A DNA stretch of 64,000 nt from Thermoproteota archaeon. GTDB lineage: Archaea; Thermoproteota; Thermoprotei; Thermofilales; B9-G17. The position numbers and the translations under genes are program-made. Numbering within the stretch: position 1 is the first letter of the stretch; every line of letters starts with the position of its first letter. Below are positions 47,267 through 56,221 of this stretch, piece by piece. The DNA lies in NCBI GenBank assembly GCA_029258885.1, contig JAPDJW010000002.1:384001-448000 (forward strand), given 5' to 3'. A model generated the notes under the pieces. That model was given only the letters and a program-made list of their open reading frames with translations, did not search any database and had not been told where the DNA came from.

Positions 47267-48547
47267 ATGAGCGAGAAAACCTCTAGGCTACCTGGTTTCT
47301 ATAAGCTTACCCTTGAGGAGAGGCTTAAGAAGGTAGCTGAATTCGCCAACCTAACCGATGAGGAAGTAAACATGCTGAAGAAGGAGGGTAACTTAAGCCT
47401 AGACATTGCTCAGAGAATGATTGAAAACGTCATTGGAACAATGGCCTACCCCTTCGCAGTAGCCGTAAACTTCCTAATAAATAATAAGGACTACCTAATC
47501 CCAATGGTTCTCGAGGAACCTTCGGTGGTAGCTGCAGCCAGCAACGCCGCTAGAGTGATGAGGAAGTGGGGCGGAATACACACCACAAGCACAGGACCAG
47601 TAATGATAGGGCAGATACAGCTCGTAAACGTAGAGGATCCATTTGGAGCTAAAATGACGATACTCGAGCATAAGGATGAAATAATTAAGATAGCAAATGA
47701 GCAGGATCCAATACTAGTTAAGCTCGGCGGCGGAGCTAAGGACGTAGAGGTGAGGGTCATAGATTCACCCAAGGGACCAATGGTAATAACACACTTAATA
47801 GTGGACGTCAGAGACGCTATGGGGGCAAACGCCGTAAACACTATGTGCGAGAAAGTTGCCCCCCTAATAGAGAGAATAACTGGCGGGAGGGTTTATCTGA
47901 GAATAATATCAAACCTAGCAGACAAAAGGCTTGTAAGAGCACGGGTTAAGGTCGATAAAAACGATATAGGAGGAGAGGAGGTAGTAGATGGCATCGTAAT
48001 GGCCTGGGCGTTTGCGGCAGCAGACCCCTATAGAGCAGCAACTCACAATAAGGGAATACTAAACGGTGTAATCGCTGTAGCATTAGCGACGGCACAGGAT
48101 CATAGAGCAATAGAGGCTGGAGCTCATGCATACGCGGCCAAGACCGGTAGATACCTACCTTTAACTGTATGGGAGAAAGATAAGGATGGAAACCTGGTAG
48201 GCACATTAGAAATGCCTATGGCCGTGGGAATAGTTGGAGGAGCAACAAGAGTTCATCCAGTAGCTAGGATAGCATTGAAAATACTGGGTGTGAAAACGGC
48301 AACGGAACTAGCTGAAATAATGGGAGCAGTAGGATTAGCGCAAAACTTCGCAGCCTTAAGAGCTCTAGCAACTGAGGGAATACAGAGGGGCCATATGAAG
48401 CTTCACGCTAGAAATCTGGCAATGCAAGCTGGAGCTACGGGAGAGCTGGTCGATAAGATAGTTGAAATAATGGTTAGGGAAGGCAAGATAAGATACGATA
48501 GAGCCGTAGAGTTAGTTGAAGAATTTAAGAAGAAGGGTAAGCTTTAA
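47267..48547 (+). CDS. mvaA: Class II HMG-CoA reductase
   Basis: ENVIG, EEPSVVAAAS, DAMGAN, RAATHNKG, GIQRGHMKLH. Confidence 0.96.
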   Translation: MSEKTSRLPGFYKLTLEERLKKVAEFANLTDEEVNMLKKEGNLSLDIAQRMIENVIGTMAYPFAVAVNFLINNKDYLIPMVLEEPSVVAAASNAARVMRKWGGIHTTSTGPVMIGQIQLVNVEDPFGAKMTILEHKDEIIKIANEQDPILVKLGGGAKDVEVRVIDSPKGPMVITHLIVDVRDAMGANAVNTMCEKVAPLIERITGGRVYLRIISNLADKRLVRARVKVDKNDIGGEEVVDGIVMAWAFAAADPYRAATHNKGILNGVIAVALATAQDHRAIEAGAHAYAAKTGRYLPLTVWEKDKDGNLVGTLEMPMAVGIVGGATRVHPVARIALKILGVKTATELAEIMGAVGLAQNFAALRALATEGIQRGHMKLHARNLAMQAGATGELVDKIVEIMVREGKIRYDRAVELVEEFKKKGKL

Positions 48548-48582
48548 CGTAAAGAATTTAAATTTTAATTTAGCTTCATTTT

Positions 48583-48975
48583 CTATATATCGTAGTCAGG
48601 TTCATTATCTCGCGATACTTCAAAGCCCAGCTGAAACCCCGATCCGCCGGGAGGAGGCATTCCAGGGGTACCTCTATAATACATCATTTTATAGCATTCG
48701 TTAACTCCTTCGTCACTTGTCACTTTAATTACGGATGCTAGTGAACCTAAACTTATGATGAAGAGGCCTATAGCTATGAGGATAACTCCAACTATAATGC
48801 TTGCTAAATTTAATTCTGTAAGACTTGTAAAGTCCATTGTAATAAGGTAGGTTATGAGTGAAGATCCTCCAAGTAATAATCCAACATAGAATATTATGCC
48901 GCCTATAATGCTCCATAGTATAGAGAATACTATAACCTTAATAGCGAGCCAGAAACTCCTTCCCCAACCAGCCAT
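48583..48975 (-). CDS. Hypothetical membrane protein with a Pro/Gly-rich tail
   Basis: Two long hydrophobic segments, then RGTPGMPPPGG. Confidence 0.65.
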   Translation of the reverse strand: MAGWGRSFWLAIKVIVFSILWSIIGGIIFYVGLLLGGSSLITYLITMDFTSLTELNLASIIVGVILIAIGLFIISLGSLASVIKVTSDEGVNECYKMMYYRGTPGMPPPGGSGFQLGFEVSRDNEPDYDI

Positions 48976-49224
48976 ACTAGACTCCGATTAAGTTATCGAA
49001 CATACATCTATATAAACTTTGTCTTTAAATGCATAATGTGATAAAAAATAGAATAATTATCATTTAAAGAAATATATAATGCATAAAATACATTCAGATT
49101 GAACTATGGGTATTATCAATTCACTGGAATGAATATATTAAAAATACAGCGTTTATCCTAGCTATTTTATTCATTTTAAAGTTCTATAAGTAAAAATTCA
49201 GGCGGATAATAGGATTAAATATTA

Positions 49225-50586
49225 TCATATTAGGTTTAGGTAATGAGCTATTAGTCCTGTAGCTATAGTTAACGCTAAAATTGGTGCTGCTATCTTAAGG
49301 CTCCTACTTATTGCCTCTCCCTCTAGTCCTTTCCCTCTTAATGACATCGAGCCTACCACAGCTTTTGCTGGCGAGATCATACTCCCCAATCCTCCTCCGA
49401 TATTCTGGGACGCCAGTATCAAGTATTTATTCAACGACAGCTTTTCGGCATACGAGTACTGGAGTAGGGTGAATATAATGTTTGAGGCAGTATTGCTTCC
49501 CGTTACGTATGTTCCAATGAAGCCTACTATTGGTATGAGGGGCACATAATAATATCCGAAGCTTTCAGCAAGAGCTTTAGCCAGTTCCTCCATCATCTTT
49601 AGGCCTTTAGACATATCGGCCGACATCGTAAGGACGATTATGGCTAATACCGATTTATACGAGTCCTTTAGCGTTTCTTTTCCTATACTTAGAAGTATCC
49701 CTACATTACTAATGTACTTTATGTGGAATATGAGTGAGGTCGTTATCACTAGGAGGCTTGTCTGTGCAAATCCTCTAAATCCGAGGATATTTCCAATCAT
49801 TAAGATTAGCGCCAAGGTGAGGTATGGATATAATGGGATAAGCACCTTAGAGGCTCTCTCCCTATAGCTTAGATAGATTACTATCATAAATACGAGAATA
49901 CTTGAAATCATGGCTGAATAGTTTAGGAGGATGGGTGATAAAACGAGCATAGTGATAGGCGCCAGGTACGCGGGGAGGGTTTGCTTTATTGACATCCTGT
50001 ACCTTAGTGATAAGATAGCTATTGTAAATATAAGCGCTATAACCATGTAGATACTGGTATACAGGAACATTTCCTCCTCAGGTAAACCGGTTAACTCAGG
50101 TATAACAAGCGTGGGTATTCCAAGCGAGGCGAAGGGTACAGCCCAAGAGTGACCTACTAAAACCATAGTTAAAGCGTCTACTGGCGTGATACCAAGCGAA
50201 ACTAGAAGTGGGGCAACTATCGTCACAGGTATTCCATAGCCTGTTAGGTTCTCTATAAATCCGGAGAAAACTACTGATAGGAGCGGTATAACGGCTTCCC
50301 TGTTGCCGCTAACTGCCAGCTCTTCTCTAAGCTTCTTCTCAAAACCTATCTTCACATAGGTTTTGTAGAAGAATAGTGCGGAAACAACTATTAGCGAAAT
50401 TTTAAAACCGGATAGTGCTCCATTAATTAGGGATCCTGGAATAACTCCTGTTAAGCCTAGATTCACTGAGGCTATAAGGCATAGAATCATCATTATAATA
50501 CTAGCTTTAAGGACGCTAATTTTAAATATCGATATCAAAAGCAGAGGTAGTAAAACATATGTTAATGCATAGAGAACCAGTAGCAA
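49225..50586 (-). CDS. L-lactate permease (LctP) family transporter
   Basis: GFIENLTGYGIP, GSNTASNIIF, QNIGGGLGSMISP. Confidence 0.85.
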   Translation of the reverse strand: MLLVLYALTYVLLPLLLISIFKISVLKASIIMMILCLIASVNLGLTGVIPGSLINGALSGFKISLIVVSALFFYKTYVKIGFEKKLREELAVSGNREAVIPLLSVVFSGFIENLTGYGIPVTIVAPLLVSLGITPVDALTMVLVGHSWAVPFASLGIPTLVIPELTGLPEEEMFLYTSIYMVIALIFTIAILSLRYRMSIKQTLPAYLAPITMLVLSPILLNYSAMISSILVFMIVIYLSYRERASKVLIPLYPYLTLALILMIGNILGFRGFAQTSLLVITTSLIFHIKYISNVGILLSIGKETLKDSYKSVLAIIVLTMSADMSKGLKMMEELAKALAESFGYYYVPLIPIVGFIGTYVTGSNTASNIIFTLLQYSYAEKLSLNKYLILASQNIGGGLGSMISPAKAVVGSMSLRGKGLEGEAISRSLKIAAPILALTIATGLIAHYLNLI

Positions 50587-50660
50587 GCTATCACCACTAT
50601 TTTACGGCTAAATAGGCTAACATTTTAAATAAAATGGTAAATATATAGTTTAGTGGTTGT

Positions 50661-50984
50661 ATGAGAGTGAACGTTAGGTTTAAACTATGGCTTGAATACA
50701 ACGGCAAGCCTATAATAGGATATGGTGGCGCGAATCTCCTAAGGCTTATAGATGAATATGGCTCAATATCTAGGGCTGCCGAGTCCCTCGGTATATCGTA
50801 CAAGTTCGCTTGGAACTACATTAAGAAAATTGAGGATAGGCTAGGTTTAAAGATAGTTGAAACACACAGGGGTGGGACTAGTAGAGGGGGGGCTAGGTTA
50901 ACCGATGTAGGCAGGGAGCTCATGGAAACCTACTTCCACTACTATAATTTAGTAAATGAAGCGTTAAGGGAGGGGAGAGGCTAA
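50661..50984 (+). CDS. modE: ModE-family winged-helix regulator (DNA-binding domain only, no TOBE)
   Basis: LLRLIDEYGSISRAAESLGISYKFAW..IKKIE....GGTSRGGARLT. Confidence 0.88.
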   Translation: MRVNVRFKLWLEYNGKPIIGYGGANLLRLIDEYGSISRAAESLGISYKFAWNYIKKIEDRLGLKIVETHRGGTSRGGARLTDVGRELMETYFHYYNLVNEALREGRG

Positions 50985-51017
50985 GATTTAAGAAGCATAC
51001 GGTTTAAACTATAGCTG

Positions 51018-51806
51018 GTGTTGTATTTGAGATGGGAGGAGCTAACTTCTTCGGATTTTAAGATGTTAGATAAGGATAACTTGGTGGCAATAATAGTTGT
51101 GGGCTCAATAGAGGTGCATGGACCACACTTGCCGTTGGGGACGGATACTATACTTACGTATGCAGCCGTATTAAAGGCTGCTGAAGTTGAGGATGCCTTA
51201 GTCCTACCGCCCTTATATTACTGCTATGTCCCGGAGAATAGGAACTTTGAGGGAACGATAACTATTTCAGGAGATACCTTCATTAAGCTTCTGGAGGAGA
51301 TTTGTGACGAGGTCTATAGGAATGGCATAAAAAAGATACTTATTGTAAATGGACATGGAGGAAACGTTAGACCATTAAGGCTATTTCTAAGGGAGATGCT
51401 ACGCAAGGGTAAACGCTACCAATTATACATAGTTACTGACGCTTGGTCTCCCTTCTCCAAGGAGATATCCGAGGTAAAGGAAAGTAAGGTCATTGGTCAC
51501 GCATGTGAAATTGAGACAAGCCTGATAATGCACGTAAGGCCCAATTTATGTAAACTAAATAGGGTTAAGGGCGAAGCCAAGCTGGGGGTAGAGAAGGTAG
51601 TTGAAGGAGTTGAGGCAATGGTAGACTGGATAAGCTATGCCATCGAGGGATACGTAGGCAACCCACTACTGGCTTCAAAGGATAAGGGCGAGAAACTGTT
51701 CAATGCATGGGTTAGGGGTCTAGTGGAGATTATAAGAAATATTAAGAGCGATAAACAGTATTCGAAGATACTTGAACTATACTATAGAAATTCCAACATA
51801 GAATAG
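51018..51806 (+). CDS. Creatininase-family amidohydrolase
   Basis: GSIEVHGPHLPLGTD, NGHGGN, HACEIETS. Confidence 0.92.
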   Translation: MLYLRWEELTSSDFKMLDKDNLVAIIVVGSIEVHGPHLPLGTDTILTYAAVLKAAEVEDALVLPPLYYCYVPENRNFEGTITISGDTFIKLLEEICDEVYRNGIKKILIVNGHGGNVRPLRLFLREMLRKGKRYQLYIVTDAWSPFSKEISEVKESKVIGHACEIETSLIMHVRPNLCKLNRVKGEAKLGVEKVVEGVEAMVDWISYAIEGYVGNPLLASKDKGEKLFNAWVRGLVEIIRNIKSDKQYSKILELYYRNSNIE

Positions 51807-51849
51807 GCCTTGTAATATAATATTAGAAAAATATGGGGGAATTAAAATT

Positions 51850-53715
51850 TTATTCAGGTAGTAATCCTTCGCTCTCAAGTCTATCGGCTAGCTCCTTTAA
51901 TCCAAGTTCCTCAAGCTTCTCTCTGGTAGGCCTTCCATCCTTCCATCCACGTAGATTATAGTACTCTGGAAGCATTTCATCGAGTTTTACAACCTTGCCC
52001 TTACCTGGTCCCTCGGGCATCGGCTCCTTAAGTAGCCTAGCTGGCAGTGTATCGTATTCTTTGCCATCTCCGAATGATAGTATGTTGAATACTCTCTCAG
52101 CGTTGTATATTCTCTCACCGACCTTCTTTAGCTCCTCCTCAGTTACATCCCATCCAGTTGCTCCAGTAAGTAGCATAGCGAAGTCGTCAATCCACGTAGC
52201 GAAGGTGTTGAACTTACATAGTATTAGGCTGTCAACAACCGCGAAGCCGTTCTGGAACTCAATTACTAGCGCAGGCTTACCCTTAGTCTCAAATCTATCA
52301 ACTAGCTGTGGAACACCCAGGATCTCAGGTGCAATCATATATGCTCTTAGGTGGCATCCACCTCTATTAGACGTAGCATATCCTAATCCATGTCCTTGGG
52401 CACCTCTTGGATCGTATGCTGGTAGCTCCTGTCCTCTAACAACCATAGCTATCTCAGGCATACCATACTTCTCAGCGAGTCTCTTAGCGCCCTCAGCTAG
52501 GTCGTCGCCAATACCGGATCTATATGCAGTTCTCCATGTCAATTCGACCACGGCCGCTGAATTACCCCATTCTGGGACGAGCCCTCTCAACTTCTCCTTA
52601 GGAATCTTACCTTTCTCATATAATTCCATCAAAGTGCCTATAACGTGGCCCATGCTTATAGTATCTAATCCAAGCTCGTTACATAGGTAGTTAGCCTTGG
52701 ATATAGCTTCCAAATTGTCCGTTCCAGTCTGTGCACCGAAGGCCCATAGAGTCTCATACTCAGGACCATCGCCTTCTCCAGCAAATGGACTCTCTTTGGG
52801 TATCCTAGTGTATCTTCCGCACGCAATTATACAGCCCCAGCAAGGCACTTTCCTAACTAGTGTTTTCTCGCTAATGGTCTCTCCACTATACTTGTCGGCT
52901 GTAGGATGAACTCCCGTCTGGAAGTTTCTTGTTGGAAGCAGTCCATGCTTATTAATTATGTTCACAAGAACTGCTGTGCCGTATTTCGGAAGGGCATCTC
53001 CAGTTACGGGGCTCTTCTTAAGCTTATCAACGTTAATCCTAACAGCCTCCCTAAACTTCTCTTCATTAGCTATGGGTGGCTTCATAGTTCCTCTAACAGC
53101 GATTGCCTTAAGCTTCTTACTACCAAGTACTGCTCCATGTCCTCCTCTTCCAGCAGCCCTACCTTTATCATTTATGAGGCATGCGAACTTCACTAGGTTC
53201 TCTCCAGCAGGGCCTATACACATAACCTTAATGTTCTCGTCGCCCAGCTCCTCTATCAGTATATCTGTTGTAGCGTGGGTATCCTTGCCCCATAGATGCT
53301 TAGCATCCCTAAGCTCAGCCTTACCATCGTGAATCCACAGGTACAGCGGCTTTTCAGCAGCGCCCTCGATAATTATGGCGTCGTAACCAGCAAACTTTAG
53401 CTCTGGACCCCACTTACCGCCCGACTGAGAGTCGTGAATGGTATTTGTTAGTGGAGCCTTAGTAACCGAACACCATCTACCGCTCTCGGGAGCAGCCGTA
53501 CCAGTTAATGGGCCAGTTAATATAATCAGTTTATTTGCAGGGCTGAGTGGATCCACCTTAGGATCTACTTCCTTAAGCATGAGGTATACTCCTAGACCTC
53601 TGCCGCCAATCCATTTCCTCAGAATATCCTCAGGGATTGTTTCATCCCTAAGCTTCTCATCGGTTAGGTTAACTCTCAGAATCTTACCCATGTAGCCTCC
53701 TGGCAAGAATTTCAC
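51850..53715 (-). CDS. aor: Tungsten-containing aldehyde:ferredoxin oxidoreductase
   Basis: WIGGRGLG, GRAAGRGGHG, CWGCIIAC, GPEYET, LGLDTIS, GYATSNRGGCH, DSLILCKF. Confidence 0.96.
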   Translation of the reverse strand: MKFLPGGYMGKILRVNLTDEKLRDETIPEDILRKWIGGRGLGVYLMLKEVDPKVDPLSPANKLIILTGPLTGTAAPESGRWCSVTKAPLTNTIHDSQSGGKWGPELKFAGYDAIIIEGAAEKPLYLWIHDGKAELRDAKHLWGKDTHATTDILIEELGDENIKVMCIGPAGENLVKFACLINDKGRAAGRGGHGAVLGSKKLKAIAVRGTMKPPIANEEKFREAVRINVDKLKKSPVTGDALPKYGTAVLVNIINKHGLLPTRNFQTGVHPTADKYSGETISEKTLVRKVPCWGCIIACGRYTRIPKESPFAGEGDGPEYETLWAFGAQTGTDNLEAISKANYLCNELGLDTISMGHVIGTLMELYEKGKIPKEKLRGLVPEWGNSAAVVELTWRTAYRSGIGDDLAEGAKRLAEKYGMPEIAMVVRGQELPAYDPRGAQGHGLGYATSNRGGCHLRAYMIAPEILGVPQLVDRFETKGKPALVIEFQNGFAVVDSLILCKFNTFATWIDDFAMLLTGATGWDVTEEELKKVGERIYNAERVFNILSFGDGKEYDTLPARLLKEPMPEGPGKGKVVKLDEMLPEYYNLRGWKDGRPTREKLEELGLKELADRLESEGLLPE

Positions 53716-53752
53716 CTCAAATAAATATTTCCTTATATAAATATACGTTTTT

Positions 53753-53776
53753 CGATATGTATAAAAAGTAATATCG
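53753..53776. promoter_or_regulatory. Candidate ModE-type operator in the aor promoter region
   Basis: CGATATGTA-N6-GTAATATCG, compared with the bacterial ModE box CGnTATATA-N6-TATATAnCG. Confidence 0.5.
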
Positions 53777-53790
53777 AACCGGTTATCGCT

Positions 53791-54237
53791 ATGTATAATA
53801 AGGTAAATAGAATGTTTAATACTATAATGAATATTCGGATCATAAAAGCAAGGCTATCCGAGAAAGTTAAGGAACTGGCTCATAAGTATCCAATAGTATA
53901 TGCTGTTCTCTATGGTTCTATAGTTGAAGGTAGATATATTCAAGGGGAGAGTGACATAGATTTAGCTTTAAAGCTGAACGTAGACGATAAGGGTAGCGCC
54001 GTGAAGGTGGTTGAAAGGCTAATATCCGATCTTAACATAGATAACCTCGACATAGTATTAATCAACTTTGCTCCCTTCAGCCTTAAATATGATATATTAA
54101 CTAGAGGGGAGGTTATCTTCTGCCGTGACCATGAAGCTCTCTTCAAGGACAGGCTTAGGATTATCAAAATGTACGATGATTGGCTTTTCATATCAAGGCA
54201 TTTTATAGAGAGGGAGATAGCTAAGGTGAGGAGATGA
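53791..54237 (+). CDS. Minimal nucleotidyltransferase (MNT antitoxin)
   Basis: LYGSIVEG...SDIDLA, DIVLIN. Confidence 0.92.
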   Translation: MYNKVNRMFNTIMNIRIIKARLSEKVKELAHKYPIVYAVLYGSIVEGRYIQGESDIDLALKLNVDDKGSAVKVVERLISDLNIDNLDIVLINFAPFSLKYDILTRGEVIFCRDHEALFKDRLRIIKMYDDWLFISRHFIEREIAKVRR

Positions 54238-54662
54238 GACCAAGCACGCTTAAGAGGCTTGAGAGATTTAACATAGCCCTAGATTTACTGAGGAAAGCCC
54301 TAAGACGTAGCAGGGAGGAATATCTGGAAAACATCGAGTTGCAGTCGATAGTTGAGAGGAATATACAGGTAGGAGTAGAATTTGTAGTGGATCTCTCCAG
54401 CTACATACTATCTCGCCTGAATATACCTACTCCGGAAACCTATGGGCAGGTTATCGTGGAGGCGCATAAGTTAGGTATATTCGACGATGAAATTGCCGAG
54501 AAGATGAGGAAGCTCATTGGGTTAAGAAATATAATAGTACATCTATATGCTGATATTTCATCTGAGATAGTCTATGATAATTTGCCCGAGATAATAGGTG
54601 TATTAAGTAGAGCGGTGAATGAATTGATAGCCTTTTCCCGTAGAAGAGGCCTCGACCCATAA
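54234..54662 (+). CDS. HEPN (DUF86) toxin
   Basis: Rx4H motif GLRNIIVHLY; ATGA overlap with the MNT gene. Confidence 0.93.
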   Translation: MRPSTLKRLERFNIALDLLRKALRRSREEYLENIELQSIVERNIQVGVEFVVDLSSYILSRLNIPTPETYGQVIVEAHKLGIFDDEIAEKMRKLIGLRNIIVHLYADISSEIVYDNLPEIIGVLSRAVNELIAFSRRRGLDP

Positions 54663-54702
54663 GTATGCTATTTATTCTTGCTTAAGCCTGCTAATATTAC
54701 GT

Positions 54703-55030
54703 TTATATCTGATCATTTGAAGCTATATCTTTGACAAGATCTCTAAGAATATCTACGGGCACATTCATGTAGTGTCTAACGATCTTATGAACAACGTTTT
54801 TAAACCCGTATCTTCTAACCAATTCCATCCAATATTCCGCTAGCTTATAGTCCTTGTACATCTCTATACTGTGCATTGCCTCACGCCATACCCTAGCCTA
54901 TATCCTATAAAGCCTACATCCATGCGGCAAGGGTTCAACTATCATTACCGCTGAAGCGAGGGATCGAATCGAGAAAGTATATCTACGTGCTCTCTCGAAT
55001 CTATTTCATGAAGCGTAAAATAGAATACAG
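54703..55030 (-). pseudogene. Remnant resembling the C-terminal part of a SAM-dependent methyltransferase
   Basis: Fragments FTLHEIDSREHV / VMIVEP / VWREAMHSIEMYKDYKLAEYWMELVRRYGF, with a stop and a frameshift. Confidence 0.4.
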
Positions 55031-55099
55031 CTAGATCAGCAAACCTTTAAGCGAGAAGTTTAATAATGAGCTATAAAATCTAATAATTACACGTAATGG

Positions 55100-56221
55100 G
55101 TGGTGGTTCTCCTGAAGCATAATGGTTTCCTCCTAGATGTATTTGAGGAAGGATTTGTTATCCCTAAGCCAAGGAGGGGTCCAAGAATACTCTTCATCGA
55201 GCTTACTACGGAATGCAATTTAAACTGCAAGATGTGTTTCAGACGCACGATGACGGAGCCTAGAGGCTTCATGGACGAGAAGCTTTTTAAAAAGATACTT
55301 AATGATGCTGAAGAGTGTGGGGTAGATTTCATATGGTTTGGAGGATGGGGCGAGCCTACATACCATCCAAAGTTTCTTGAATTTGCAGAGGATGTTAAAT
55401 CCAGGGGATTCAAGCTCGGCATAAATACGAACGGTACTCTGCTTTCATCGGACTATGCGGAGAAGTTAGTTAAGCTAGGAGTTGATAGAATAACTATATC
55501 TATCGACGCAGCAATGCCTCAAACATATGCTGAAATAAGGGGAGGCGTACTTAAAAACATACTTTCAGCTACAAGCCTTATTCACGGAATGAAGAAAAGC
55601 ATAGGTACATTGTATCCAATTCTCGAGTTCTCGTACGTAATGATGAAGAGTAATGCAGATGAAGTATTAAAGCTATTTGAGATAGCTGAAAAACACGGCG
55701 TTGGACGAATAATTATCTCAAATGTCATACCTATCAGTGAATCCCTTGTAAGCGAATGTATATATGGCAATAGTTTCAACTACGAGAGAATCGTAGAGAA
55801 AATAGCTATTAAAACCCTCGAGACAAACGTGGGCGCAGCCGTCCCGGAATTTGAACTTAAAACCGAAAGAAGATGCCTATTCATCGAAAACAATGCCTGC
55901 TGTGTAACCTGGAACGGCGAGGTAACTCCATGCTACAACTTCCTGCACAACTACATAGCGTACGTATATGGTGTTAGAAAGGAGATGAAGCAAATCTCCT
56001 TTGGAAACATTAAGGATAAAAGCTTAGGTGAAATATGGAGGAGCCCCGAATACCAAAAGTTCAGATTTAAAGTTAGGTATTTCAAATTCCCCTCCTGCAC
56101 CGACTGTAAGTTCCACGATATATGCGATTTCGCTACCTCAAACCTCATGGACTGCTGGGGAAACGAGCCCAGCTGCGCAGATTGCCTCTTCAGCAGAGGA
56201 ATCGTTCAGTGTCCGCTATAG
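55100..56221 (+). CDS. Radical SAM/SPASM protein, tungsten-oxidoreductase maturase type
   Basis: CNLNCKMC, GGWGEP, Cys-rich tail CTDC...DCWGNEPSCADCL; near aor. Confidence 0.88.
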   Translation: MVVLLKHNGFLLDVFEEGFVIPKPRRGPRILFIELTTECNLNCKMCFRRTMTEPRGFMDEKLFKKILNDAEECGVDFIWFGGWGEPTYHPKFLEFAEDVKSRGFKLGINTNGTLLSSDYAEKLVKLGVDRITISIDAAMPQTYAEIRGGVLKNILSATSLIHGMKKSIGTLYPILEFSYVMMKSNADEVLKLFEIAEKHGVGRIIISNVIPISESLVSECIYGNSFNYERIVEKIAIKTLETNVGAAVPEFELKTERRCLFIENNACCVTWNGEVTPCYNFLHNYIAYVYGVRKEMKQISFGNIKDKSLGEIWRSPEYQKFRFKVRYFKFPSCTDCKFHDICDFATSNLMDCWGNEPSCADCLFSRGIVQCPL

